Shown here piece by piece: positions 47,476-55,238 of a stretch of DNA of 64,000 nucleotides; the stretch's first letter is position 1; the number at the start of each line of letters is the position of its first letter. The notes under the pieces are model-generated. The model did not search any database, was not told where the DNA came from, and saw only the letters and a list, made by a program, of their open reading frames with translations. The position numbers and the translations under genes are program-made. Source of the stretch: a virus (taxonomy: Duplodnaviria; Heunggongvirae; Uroviricota; Caudoviricetes). Where the stretch lies: the IMG/VR virus record IMGVR_UViG_3300032074_000001. One strand, 5' to 3'.

Positions 47476-47683
47476 CGCATGGGGCTGGTGTGACCTGTTT
47501 TTGGGCACAAAAAAAAGCCCATTGGGGCCAGCCACTCCGAAGAGTGGCTGGCCCCTCAGGGTCAGTCCAGGTGCTCGTGTTCTCCGACCTTGTGACCTCC
47601 AGTCGGTAGAGGTACTCCTCACGGATCTTGCAGATCAGGTAGCCGCAGGCCAGCCCGATGATGAAGATCAAGATGTACATCAT
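47333..47683 (-). CDS. Putative small membrane protein (3' end undefined; ORF runs through terminator)
   Basis: ATG 47683 in ATGA overlap; MMYILIFIIGLACGYLICKI TM with high GC3 for about 45 codons, then GC3 collapses through the hairpin. Confidence 0.25.
   Translation of the reverse strand: MMYILIFIIGLACGYLICKIREEYLYRLEVTRSENTSTWTDPEGPATLRSGWPQWAFFCAQKQVTPAPCVTRWTGPDLPRAARSHRRSPRSPRWDREVGPRLGACRPPCGSRCRSG
47502..47555. terminator. Bidirectional terminator at strand switch
   Basis: GGGGCCAGCCACTC-cgaa-GAGTGGCTGGCCCC (14-bp stem) plus A8/T8 run; TTTTT on + side, T8 on - side. Confidence 0.6.
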
Positions 47684-47970
47684 GTGCAGCACTCCATCGC
47701 TTGCTGGACGCTGGCGTGGAGGCTCTCGCACTCCCCGCACTCCCAGACCTCGGAGATGAAGGTGATGTCGTCCTCGGTCAGCTCACACGCACCACGCGGG
47801 TCCTTGCAGTAGTAGTACGTGTAGGTGGACAAGTCCTCCAAGGGCGTGCCCTCGGGGTAGTCGTCCGCCAGCTTCTCTACGGTCTTCAAGTCTCCGGGAC
47901 CACCGAGGTAGATCTTGTCGCAGGAGTGACAGACGTGGCCCTCTTCACCTTCCAGGAGTGCCGCCCTCAT
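47680..47970 (-). CDS. Cys-rich zinc-binding small protein
   Basis: GGAGG RBS then ATG 47970; HVCHSCD...YYYCKDPRGACE...WECGECES. Confidence 0.5.
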   Translation of the reverse strand: MRAALLEGEEGHVCHSCDKIYLGGPGDLKTVEKLADDYPEGTPLEDLSTYTYYYCKDPRGACELTEDDITFISEVWECGECESLHASVQQAMECCT

Positions 47971-48476
47971 GCGACCTCCATGGCCTTCTTGAAGGCTTCC
48001 ACTGCCTCCCCCCAGGACAGCCCGTTGTCCTGCTTGTGCTGGAGTTGTTGCAGTGCCGTCATCATCGGCCAGAACTGGGAGTCTTCCTTCCACTCCTCGG
48101 GGAAGTGACGGGCGTGGCCGATTCCCCAGCCCGAGTAGTTTTCGCCGCCGACCGCGAACTCAGTGATCGGTGTGCCCAGCCGGACACACAGATGCCCGAG
48201 GATGCAGCTGGGGGCCAGCTCATCCTCGGGCGCGGGAACGGGGCGGGGCAGGCTGTACATGGAGTCATCCAGGTCAGCCATGTCGTACACCTCGTCGGGG
48301 TTGCGTCCGGGAGTGATCCTCTCCACGTAGATGCAGTTCTCGCTGTCGGAGTAGGGGTACACGTAGTCGGGACCCTTCTCGTGAACCAACTGGTCCAGGA
48401 TTCGGATCACAGTCTGCGCTGGGCGCTCGACTACCACTGGCGGCAGAGCCGCCAGTGTCCCGATCTCATCAATCAT
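47967..48476 (-). CDS. Hypothetical protein (170 aa)
   Basis: ATG (MIDEIG...) after upstream TGA. Confidence 0.5.
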   Translation of the reverse strand: MIDEIGTLAALPPVVVERPAQTVIRILDQLVHEKGPDYVYPYSDSENCIYVERITPGRNPDEVYDMADLDDSMYSLPRPVPAPEDELAPSCILGHLCVRLGTPITEFAVGGENYSGWGIGHARHFPEEWKEDSQFWPMMTALQQLQHKQDNGLSWGEAVEAFKKAMEVA

Positions 48477-48481
48477 CTTCG

Positions 48482-49396
48482 TCACTGCGTCTCTCCTTGG
48501 GTAGAAGATTGCGGCGTTCCGCCGTACAGGAACTGGTCCCGGAACGGATTGCCGCAGGTGGGGGTGGTGATGCACTGATACCGCAGGTAGTTGTCGATGC
48601 CTCCGAACCCACGGATCTCAGCTTCCTTGGTCCGCGCCTGGGCGCGGGCCAGCCTCTCCTGTGCCTTGGCGGTAGCCTCGTCAGCCTTGGCCTTCGCTGT
48701 CTGCGCGTTGGCCTGCGCGATGTTCGCCTGTTCATCGGCAATCGACTGCTTCAGGCCGGGGTCCACCGGGTCTGGCTTCATGATCAAGACGTTGAAGTTC
48801 TCAAAGAACTCGCCACCAGCCTGGCGGGCCACCAGGTCATCGATGTTGGCGTTGACTTCCTTCTCCAGCGCTGCCTTGACCTGGGGGTCGTTCCAGACCT
48901 GCCGCCATGTGTAGTTCTGCGCCACCCGGTCCAGGGTGGTGTCCAGCGGCTTGCCGATCACGTAGTTGAGCAGGTTCCGCCAGCCATCAGGAGCGTCAGC
49001 CGACGTACCACTGGGGTCGAAGCCAGCCGCGAAGCGGGCTCCCAGCGTCTCGTGGAACTTGCGCAGGGTGTCGCAAGTCGTGATCAGGTTGAAGGTCACC
49101 GTCACCGGCACCCTCAGTTCCGCGTTGTCCTTGCTCACCACGGTGAACGCAGCGGACTCTGCTCCGCTGCCACCAGTGGCGTCGTACGAGACCTGGCGAG
49201 TCGGGTAGCCGATGTACTTGTCGCCAGGGTCGAAGCCCGAACGGCTGCTGGGGTCGAGGCAGCCCTGGAACTTCTTGGCCGAGCCAATACCGCCCGAGTA
49301 GTGCAGGGCGATCAGGTCGGGGGGAGTGCTAGCTGTTGCGCAACCCGTCAGCGTCACTCCCAAGAGGATCGCCAAGGCGATCATGGTTCTCTTCAC
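48482..49396 (-). CDS. SPFH (band-7/prohibitin-like) domain lipoprotein
   Basis: AGGAGAG RBS then GTG; signal peptide + lipobox MKRTMIALAILLGVTLTGC; SPFH-like core then Ala/Gln/Lys coiled-coil tail. Confidence 0.65.
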   Translation of the reverse strand: MKRTMIALAILLGVTLTGCATASTPPDLIALHYSGGIGSAKKFQGCLDPSSRSGFDPGDKYIGYPTRQVSYDATGGSGAESAAFTVVSKDNAELRVPVTVTFNLITTCDTLRKFHETLGARFAAGFDPSGTSADAPDGWRNLLNYVIGKPLDTTLDRVAQNYTWRQVWNDPQVKAALEKEVNANIDDLVARQAGGEFFENFNVLIMKPDPVDPGLKQSIADEQANIAQANAQTAKAKADEATAKAQERLARAQARTKEAEIRGFGGIDNYLRYQCITTPTCGNPFRDQFLYGGTPQSSTQGETQ

Positions 49397-49592
49397 TTGT
49401 TGTCTCTCCTACTTTCTTCCTCTTCTTGTCGAACCGACCTTCCGCAGCGAGGATCGCCATGTTCCAGACGCCTCGCTTGGGGGTCCATTCACTTGCGTCG
49501 GTTAGTTCGTCTCTTAGCTCGCGGAGCAGGCTTACGATCTCCGCTCGCTGCTTGTCCCTGGCCTTCTGGAGCTGGTCCTTGGTGACAGGCAC
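49329..49592 (-). CDS. Hypothetical small protein (3' overlap with lipoprotein start)
   Basis: RBS AGAGGAAG + GTG about 49592; coding GC3 to about 49410, low-GC3 tail overlapping next gene. Confidence 0.35.
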   Translation of the reverse strand: MPVTKDQLQKARDKQRAEIVSLLRELRDELTDASEWTPKRGVWNMAILAAEGRFDKKRKKVGETTSEENHDRLGDPLGSDADGLRNS

Positions 49593-49616
49593 ACTGACAC
49601 TTCCTCTCGCCAATCA

Positions 49617-49659
49617 CACGAGGGCAGGGCTTTGACCATTGCAAAACCCTGCCCTCGTG
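49617..49659 (-). promoter_or_regulatory. Intergenic 13-bp-stem hairpin (attenuator/processing site?)
   Basis: CACGAGGGCAGGG-17 nt loop-CCCTGCCCTCGTG between two - strand genes; no U-tract. Confidence 0.4.
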
Positions 49660-49692
49660 GTGGCCGGTACTGCACCAGCCAGTGATGTACAC

Positions 49693-49944
49693 CTACTCCT
49701 CGACCTCCACGGTCACTCGGAGCTTCTTGCCGCTGAACAGGGTGACGGTGAAGCGGTTGAGGTAGTCACCCTCGTTCGTCTGGTCGTGCGTGATGTCCTG
49801 GATCTTCAGTGGGAAGTCCGGGCGCATCGTGCAGCCCTTCAGAGCCCCGGTCATGAACGCCTGCTCGGGAGTGAGCACACGTCGCATCTCCTGACTGGTC
49901 TCCGCGAGGTTCTGCTGCGGGTGCTGCTCCCAGCGTTCGGGCAT
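49693..49944 (-). CDS. Hypothetical protein (83 aa)
   Basis: ATG in TGATG overlap with ParB-like gene stop. Confidence 0.5.
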   Translation of the reverse strand: MPERWEQHPQQNLAETSQEMRRVLTPEQAFMTGALKGCTMRPDFPLKIQDITHDQTNEGDYLNRFTVTLFSGKKLRVTVEVEE

Positions 49945-50756
49945 CAGATCTTCACCCTCTCCGTAGCGGAGAACCGCATGACGGTCAGCGGCCTCCCCTT
50001 GTTGAGCGCCTTCGCGGCCTTGATGCACACCACGGCAGCGGTTGAGGACTGCATCCTCTTGACTCCTCCTCGGAACTTCAGGAGAGCCAGACGGGGATCA
50101 CCGGTCTCCAGCCCCGACATGGTGCGGATGCCCTCCAGGAACTCCCTGGCGGTATCCGGGTAGACCAGTCCGGCGACCAGCAGTGAAGAACCACCACAGG
50201 TAGCCACGTTGCGTGCCGCTTCCACCGCGATGGAGGCCAGCTCTTCGATACCGTCGAAGTCGTCCCAGGCTTCCTGGATCGCGGCAGCGGTGATCTGCTG
50301 GATTGCGAACGACAGCTGGGAGCCGGTGAACTCCCCGTTGCAGTAATCGATCGCCAGGTAGGCCCGGATCGCCGCAGAGCGGACGGTCTTGAACTTTCCC
50401 GGCATCATGTCGTGCGCCGCTCGCTTGGCCCCGCCGTCGATCACTCGCTGGGACTGGGGAGGCAGTCCAGTAGTGACCAGGAGCCACTGGCCTTTGCCCG
50501 ACGCGATGATCGCCTGACAGCGGTGCTGACCGTCGATCATCTTGCCGTCCTCATCGAAGGCGATGCCCTGGTGAGTGGTGAAGAACCGCTCGTTGTTCAT
50601 GTCGTCAACGATCCGGTCCAGGTGCTTGGCTCGCATGGTGCGGTTGTCCACGTTGGCCACCATGTAGAGCTTGGCCAGATCCGGGGTCACCAGGGTCCAG
50701 CGCGACTGGATCTTGGAGCCCGGAATCCCGGTGGGAGTGCCCTCGGAGATCCTCAC
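49944..50756 (-). CDS. ParB-like nuclease domain protein
   Basis: FTTHQGIAFDEDGKMIDGQHRCQAII matches the ParB N-domain DGQHR motif. Confidence 0.65.
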   Translation of the reverse strand: MRISEGTPTGIPGSKIQSRWTLVTPDLAKLYMVANVDNRTMRAKHLDRIVDDMNNERFFTTHQGIAFDEDGKMIDGQHRCQAIIASGKGQWLLVTTGLPPQSQRVIDGGAKRAAHDMMPGKFKTVRSAAIRAYLAIDYCNGEFTGSQLSFAIQQITAAAIQEAWDDFDGIEELASIAVEAARNVATCGGSSLLVAGLVYPDTAREFLEGIRTMSGLETGDPRLALLKFRGGVKRMQSSTAAVVCIKAAKALNKGRPLTVMRFSATERVKI

Positions 50757-51145
50757 TTGAGGCTCACCACCTTGATGCTCGGCATGTAACCCTGCTTCTC
50801 CACATCTTGGAAGTCGGAGTCCAGCTGGAGATCGAAGTCGGAGTTCATCGTCGAGGTGTTGATGAACTCAGCGGCGTCCTCCGGGTTGTCGAACACCCTG
50901 CGGGACTTGGCCGTGTAGGCGAAGGTCACTTCGAACTCGATCTCGGTCCTGGGAATCGGCACCTTCGCCTCCTCCAGTGCCTCCTCGACCGTCTCGCACC
51001 AGTCGTGGTCGGTGGCGTAGCGCATGGCCACCGCACCGATCTCCTTCAGGTGCTTGTCGTACCTGGTCTTCAGTGCTTCGTGCTCGGTCCGCAAGACCTT
51101 CAGCTCGGCCTCGACATCTGCCTTGGTTGGTACTCGGCGCGGCAT
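50753..51145 (-). CDS. Hypothetical protein (130 aa)
   Basis: ATGA overlap with ParB-like gene. Confidence 0.5.
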   Translation of the reverse strand: MPRRVPTKADVEAELKVLRTEHEALKTRYDKHLKEIGAVAMRYATDHDWCETVEEALEEAKVPIPRTEIEFEVTFAYTAKSRRVFDNPEDAAEFINTSTMNSDFDLQLDSDFQDVEKQGYMPSIKVVSLK

Positions 51146-51146
51146 G

Positions 51147-51950
51147 TCAGCACCCCTCCGCGTTCGGAACCACTGCGAGGGAGCCGTACGCGCCGTCCTC
51201 GTGGAACAGCGTGTAGACCCGGTTGCCGTGGTCGCACTTGGAGGCGAAGTTGGAGAAGCCGTCCGGCATGGTGCCGGTGTCGGCGGGCGAGGAGTTGGTG
51301 GCTCCTCGCTGCGCGTCCTTGTACTTCTCGGTGTACTTGCCTGCCCCGCAGCCGGACAGGAGCATCAGCGCGATGAAGACGGCCAGGGTGATCACCACAG
51401 CCATCTCAGCCTTGTGCCTCAGCTCCCACCTCAGGATGGGGGTGGGGGAGTCCTGCAACTCCATGTCTCTCCTTCTGTTGTCCTGGTCTCTTCTGACCAG
51501 GAAGTCGATGTACTGGTTGTACGCATCAACTTGCTCTCTACGGAGACTGGATTCGGCCTCGTAGAGCTTCCACCTGGCGCGACGCTCTGCCACCTCATCT
51601 GCGGTGTAGATGGTGCAGTGGTGCCAGCAGCAGTCGCAGTCGTGCTCATCTTCGTGATACCGGACCTCTTCTTCGGCGTCCTCTTCGGTGAAGCACTCGA
51701 TCTCCAGGTCACAGGAGTCGCACTCCACTTGGAAGAAGGACCCCTCGGTGTCGGGGTCTGGCGCTTCCTCGGAGTGAGCGGGGCAGTAGACCCGCTCCTC
51801 GTAGCCGCCCTCACTCAGACAGACCAGCCAGCCAGCCTCACGCATGTCCCAGTAGGTCTGGTTGAGGCTGTCGCTGGACGTGTAGCGCCGGTTGCACCGG
51901 GCATGGCAGCGGAAGTCCCACACCATGCCCGGTGCCACCAGGGTGTTCAC
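51147..51950 (-). CDS. Cys-rich N-domain protein with internal lipoprotein-like segment
   Basis: CHARCNRRY..CPAHSEE..ECDSCDLEIEC..HDCDCCWHHC; in-frame MAVVITLAVFIALMLLSGC lipobox segment; CGGAGATGTCTCCG palindrome before start. Confidence 0.45.
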   Translation of the reverse strand: MNTLVAPGMVWDFRCHARCNRRYTSSDSLNQTYWDMREAGWLVCLSEGGYEERVYCPAHSEEAPDPDTEGSFFQVECDSCDLEIECFTEEDAEEEVRYHEDEHDCDCCWHHCTIYTADEVAERRARWKLYEAESSLRREQVDAYNQYIDFLVRRDQDNRRRDMELQDSPTPILRWELRHKAEMAVVITLAVFIALMLLSGCGAGKYTEKYKDAQRGATNSSPADTGTMPDGFSNFASKCDHGNRVYTLFHEDGAYGSLAVVPNAEGC

Positions 51951-52183
51951 CGGAGATGTCTCCGGGTCTTGTTCATCTCATCGATGATCTGGACCGACAG
52001 CGCCGAGTCCAGATCCCGATGGGTGTAGGCCAGCTGATCGATCCGAGCCATCAGAGTCCGGAGCGCACGCAACTCATTGCGCTCAGCCCTGTCCAAGCGA
52101 CTGGTCCGACTGGCGTAGGCCGAACCCGCAATCGCGAGGAAGCCCAGCGCGATGATGGAGACGGCGAAGATCATCAGGATCAT
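51947..52183 (-). CDS. Small membrane protein (78 aa)
   Basis: MILMIFAVSIIALGFLAIAGSAYA TM; GTGA overlap downstream. Confidence 0.5.
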   Translation of the reverse strand: MILMIFAVSIIALGFLAIAGSAYASRTSRLDRAERNELRALRTLMARIDQLAYTHRDLDSALSVQIIDEMNKTRRHLR

Positions 52184-52431
52184 CGCTTCTCCCTCCCGTA
52201 CTGCAACCCGAGGATGAAGGCGTCCATGTAGATGGACATGTTCGCCGCCTCCTTGCCCAGCGACAGCACCGCGAACGCGGTGCGGTTCTTGGCGATGTAG
52301 ATCAGTGCGTTCAGCTCGTCTTCGGTGAGGAAGTCACCGGGTCCGAGCCCGTCCTGGTGGATCGCCAGCTCCGAGAGCTTGTCGAACTCCGGAGTCTGGG
52401 GCCGGTCGGGGAACCGAGGGTCGTAGGCCAT
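52180..52431 (-). CDS. Hypothetical protein (83 aa)
   Basis: ATGA overlap chain. Confidence 0.5.
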   Translation of the reverse strand: MAYDPRFPDRPQTPEFDKLSELAIHQDGLGPGDFLTEDELNALIYIAKNRTAFAVLSLGKEAANMSIYMDAFILGLQYGREKR

Positions 52432-52988
52432 CAGAACCCCTCCGAGATGATCTCGACGGCAGGAGCATCCCCGGTCAGGTACGACCAGGAGTACTCATGG
52501 CCGCAGCCCTTGCACACCCATTCCACGTCTGACTCGTTGAACTGCAAACGAGCGAAGAGCTGAGTAGACAGACAACCTTCGTGGCAGTCGGTCTTGATCA
52601 CTGCGCACCAACCCTGCGGCTCGGGCAGGTCTGGCTCCTTGGGCTGGGGACGGATCACCCGGTAGCACACGATGTCGTTCCAGCGCACCACGTCGTTGCA
52701 CTGTCTGCCCCGGTAGTCCACGTACTCCACGGCCCAGCGACTAGGGCCGATCTTGGTGAAGACCGACTGCCGAGAGATGCTGCGAGTGACACCCTCGACC
52801 TGAGACCCGATGTCATCGGGCTCCGTGTCGATCAGCTTGGAAGGAACGGGAAAGCGACTGACCATGTGACCGTCCACGTAGATCTGGATGTCGGATCCCA
52901 GGGCCTTCTCATTGGCGCTGTTGTACTCCGGGAAGACCCCGCCACCGATCTGGCGGTCACCGGAGGTGATCAGGACTTGCCTGCTCAC
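52431..52988 (-). CDS. Hypothetical protein with C-terminal zinc ribbon
   Basis: 185 aa; C-x5-C-x3-C...C-x2-C-x2-C (CAVIKTDCHEGC...CKGCGHEY). Confidence 0.5.
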   Translation of the reverse strand: MSRQVLITSGDRQIGGGVFPEYNSANEKALGSDIQIYVDGHMVSRFPVPSKLIDTEPDDIGSQVEGVTRSISRQSVFTKIGPSRWAVEYVDYRGRQCNDVVRWNDIVCYRVIRPQPKEPDLPEPQGWCAVIKTDCHEGCLSTQLFARLQFNESDVEWVCKGCGHEYSWSYLTGDAPAVEIISEGF

Positions 52989-53245
52989 TTCTTGCTCCTC
53001 TCCAGTCGGGAGCCGACGACGGTGGCCACCGTGACCAGGTAGCCGAGGTCGTCCATGTCGATCTGTCCCTGCGTGTGCTTGATGAGATCGAGCACCGTGG
53101 TTCGCACGTACTCGATGAACACCTCATCGGGCAGGCCCAGCTCAGTCTCGGGGCTGAAGGGCGCATCACCGAGCGCCTCCATGTCCTTGTCCATCTGGAT
53201 CAGGACGGCGATGAGCGGGTTAGACTCGTTCTGTTCTTCGGGCAT
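52985..53245 (-). CDS. Acidic hypothetical protein (86 aa)
   Basis: AGGAGA RBS before ATG 53245. Confidence 0.55.
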   Translation of the reverse strand: MPEEQNESNPLIAVLIQMDKDMEALGDAPFSPETELGLPDEVFIEYVRTTVLDLIKHTQGQIDMDDLGYLVTVATVVGSRLERSKK

Positions 53246-53258
53246 GTCTCTCCTACTA

Positions 53259-53305
53259 GATCCGAAAACGAAAGAAGGGCCGCAGGATCACTCCTGCGGC
53301 CCTTC
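53259..53305 (-). terminator. Intrinsic terminator (- strand)
   Basis: GAAGGGCCGCAGG-atcact-CCTGCGGCCCTTC (13-bp stem) then TTTCGTTTTCGG on - strand. Confidence 0.65.
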
Positions 53306-53507
53306 TCTGTCGTCACGAGGGGGCTGTGGCTATCGCACTACCCTTGGGGGGCGGCTGTGCGCCACGGCTTCTGGGAAGCCCTCAACGGCTCTCGGTACTT
53401 CAGTTTCCCGAGCTGTGTTGCACCAACTGCACCAACCCCAAACACTCCGTGGTTACCACACCACTACCTGTTTGCTGTTGACGAAGGTAACTCTAGGTCA
53501 AGCGCGG

Positions 53508-53885
53508 TCACTGGTCAAGAGTGACCGGCTCCTTCGATGAGGTCGGCTCCTCGGGGAGACGACCGAACTCACCGTCCCGGTAGAACGAGGTGGTGAACTC
53601 GTACTCCGCAGCCACCTTCGAGATGTAGCCGTCGAACCGGGACGAGGCAAGGCGATCCGCCTCCTCCTGGTCCTTCATCCCCACCAGGACCACGTAGCCG
53701 TCCCGAGACGAGACGCCCAGCTCGGGGGCCGCCTTGGTGAAGGTCACGTAGTAGTAGAACTCACCACGAAACAGCCGGGTGATGTCCTTCGCGGCGACGT
53801 TCCCCGTCTCCGCGAGGTTGATCAGTGCGGAGCGGACGTTGGTGTAGAACTGGTCCAACTCCGCGTGGGTCATGCGCTTCTTCAT
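53508..53885 (-). CDS. Hypothetical protein (125 aa)
   Basis: ATGA overlap upstream. Confidence 0.5.
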   Translation of the reverse strand: MKKRMTHAELDQFYTNVRSALINLAETGNVAAKDITRLFRGEFYYYVTFTKAAPELGVSSRDGYVVLVGMKDQEEADRLASSRFDGYISKVAAEYEFTTSFYRDGEFGRLPEEPTSSKEPVTLDQ

Positions 53886-54493
53886 TCAGATACCTCACTT
53901 TGCGTTGCCCGGACAATGCCTTCCAGGACTTCCTGCTCGCGCCACTTCTGGGCGAGAGTGATCCCGGTCTGGTACATCTGCATCGCGCACGATCCGAGGA
54001 CGCCGTACCAGACATCCCAGACGTGCTTGGTCTCCTTGCCTTCGGCCTGACGGAAGCCAGTCATGTGTGCGAAGGCAATGGTGGTCTGCGCGAGGAAGTC
54101 CCGCACCACTCGCATGGAGTCGTAGTCCGTGGCGATCCTGATGGCTTCCAACCCCGAACGGATGGTCACATCCATGTCATCGAAGATCCCGTCGTAGTCC
54201 GTGTGCTCGGACTTGATGACGGTGATCCCGCTGGCCAGCGCCTTCACGGCGTAGGTCAGCAGGTCAGCCTCCAGGTACTCAGCGGTGGTCTCCACCGCGT
54301 CCTGACCGGTAGCCCACTCGGCAGCACCAGCGAAGTGGTACCGAGCCGACCTGATCAGGGTCTTCGCCAAGTCATGCGACACCCGGCTGTACTCCTCCTG
54401 GGCGGGGAGTTCTTCCCTGTGCTTCCGGATCACGTCCTCGACGGACTTCTCACCGGTCAGTGCTTCTTGCAACTGCTCAGACAGATCACTCAT
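53882..54493 (-). CDS. Hypothetical protein (203 aa)
   Basis: Acidic N-terminus, helical. Confidence 0.5.
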   Translation of the reverse strand: MSDLSEQLQEALTGEKSVEDVIRKHREELPAQEEYSRVSHDLAKTLIRSARYHFAGAAEWATGQDAVETTAEYLEADLLTYAVKALASGITVIKSEHTDYDGIFDDMDVTIRSGLEAIRIATDYDSMRVVRDFLAQTTIAFAHMTGFRQAEGKETKHVWDVWYGVLGSCAMQMYQTGITLAQKWREQEVLEGIVRATQSEVSE

Positions 54494-54651
54494 CCTGCTA
54501 GTCCCCTGCGTAGTTGAGATCCGAGTGAGTACGCAGCGTCGAAGAGGACCCGCTCGTACTCGTTACGTGGTGCGTTCACGAACATCCGCTTGAAGAACGC
54601 GACGATCTTCCGCGCCCTCTTCCGCGCTGCCCTTACCATCGCCGCGAACAT
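54490..54651 (-). CDS. Small highly basic protein (53 aa)
   Basis: ATG 54651 to TGA in ATGA overlap; MFAAMVRAARKRARKIVAFFKRMF...; below track cutoff. Confidence 0.35.
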   Translation of the reverse strand: MFAAMVRAARKRARKIVAFFKRMFVNAPRNEYERVLFDAAYSLGSQLRRGLAG

Positions 54652-54653
54652 GG

Positions 54654-55000
54654 TCAGCCCTCGCCCAAGAGGAACTCAATCAGTCGCGAAGCGGTGTCAG
54701 GCGACACCCGCAGGGTGATCTTCCCGTCGTCCTCGTTGGCAGCGTCTACCGCAACGCTGCTGTCGGGGTGCTCCGAGAGCTGGTAGGACATCCCGGCGAT
54801 GAACGCCAGACCAGCCAGCTCCAGGGCCATTTCAGCGGTGTAGGGGAAGAACTGCTTGCCTGGGTCTTCTTCTTCGGCGCTCTTCTGCTGAAGGTCGATC
54901 AGGTCCCGAAGAACGCTGATGAGTTCTTGCTCTTCGGTTTGGTCCAACTCGACGCCACTTGCTTCGATCTGGTTGTTCTCAAAGTGCTCTCTCAGGTTCA
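54654..55000 (-). CDS. Hypothetical protein (115 aa)
   Basis: AGGAGAGG RBS then ATG 55000 (MNLREHFENNQIEASG...); longer track ORF would read through terminator. Confidence 0.5.
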
Positions 55001-55034
55001 TGCCTCTCCTATGGTGAAACGACGAAACGGAACA

Positions 55035-55068
55035 CGGGTGGGGCCTCTTAAGAGGCCCCACCCGTGGT
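55035..55068. terminator. Bidirectional hairpin terminator
   Basis: Perfect 34-nt palindrome CACGGGTGGGGCCTCTTAAGAGGCCCCACCCGTG; - strand tail TTCCGTTTCGTCGTTTCACC, + strand tail GTTTTCCCTTCC. Confidence 0.65.
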
Positions 55069-55238
55069 TTTCCCTTCCTAGCCGGGTTCAGAGGCGGGGA
55101 CCAGCCGTCTCTGCTCCCTCCCTGGCCCATCTTCGCCAGGGGCAGGAACCCTAGCTAGATGAGCCGGACCGAGTGAACTCCGTCCGAACTTGACACTGTT
55201 CCTCCCTGCCGAGACCGACGTAGGAGAGACAAGCAGCG

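Noticed and set aside
50098-50487. 129-aa - strand ORF inside ParB-like gene region
   Set aside because: Out-of-frame overlap with the ParB-like nuclease gene, which has a recognisable DGQHR motif; no independent support
53306-53507. Possible tRNA in the 200-nt non-coding island
   Set aside because: No cloverleaf: no GTTCGA/TTCGAAT T-loop and no 7-bp acceptor pairing on either strand; a GGCTTC-CCA-GAAGCC hairpin has only a 3-nt loop
54654-55130. Long form (158 aa) of the ORF starting at 55130
   Set aside because: Would translate through the 34-nt perfect palindromic terminator; internal ATG 55000 has a strong AGGAGAGG RBS
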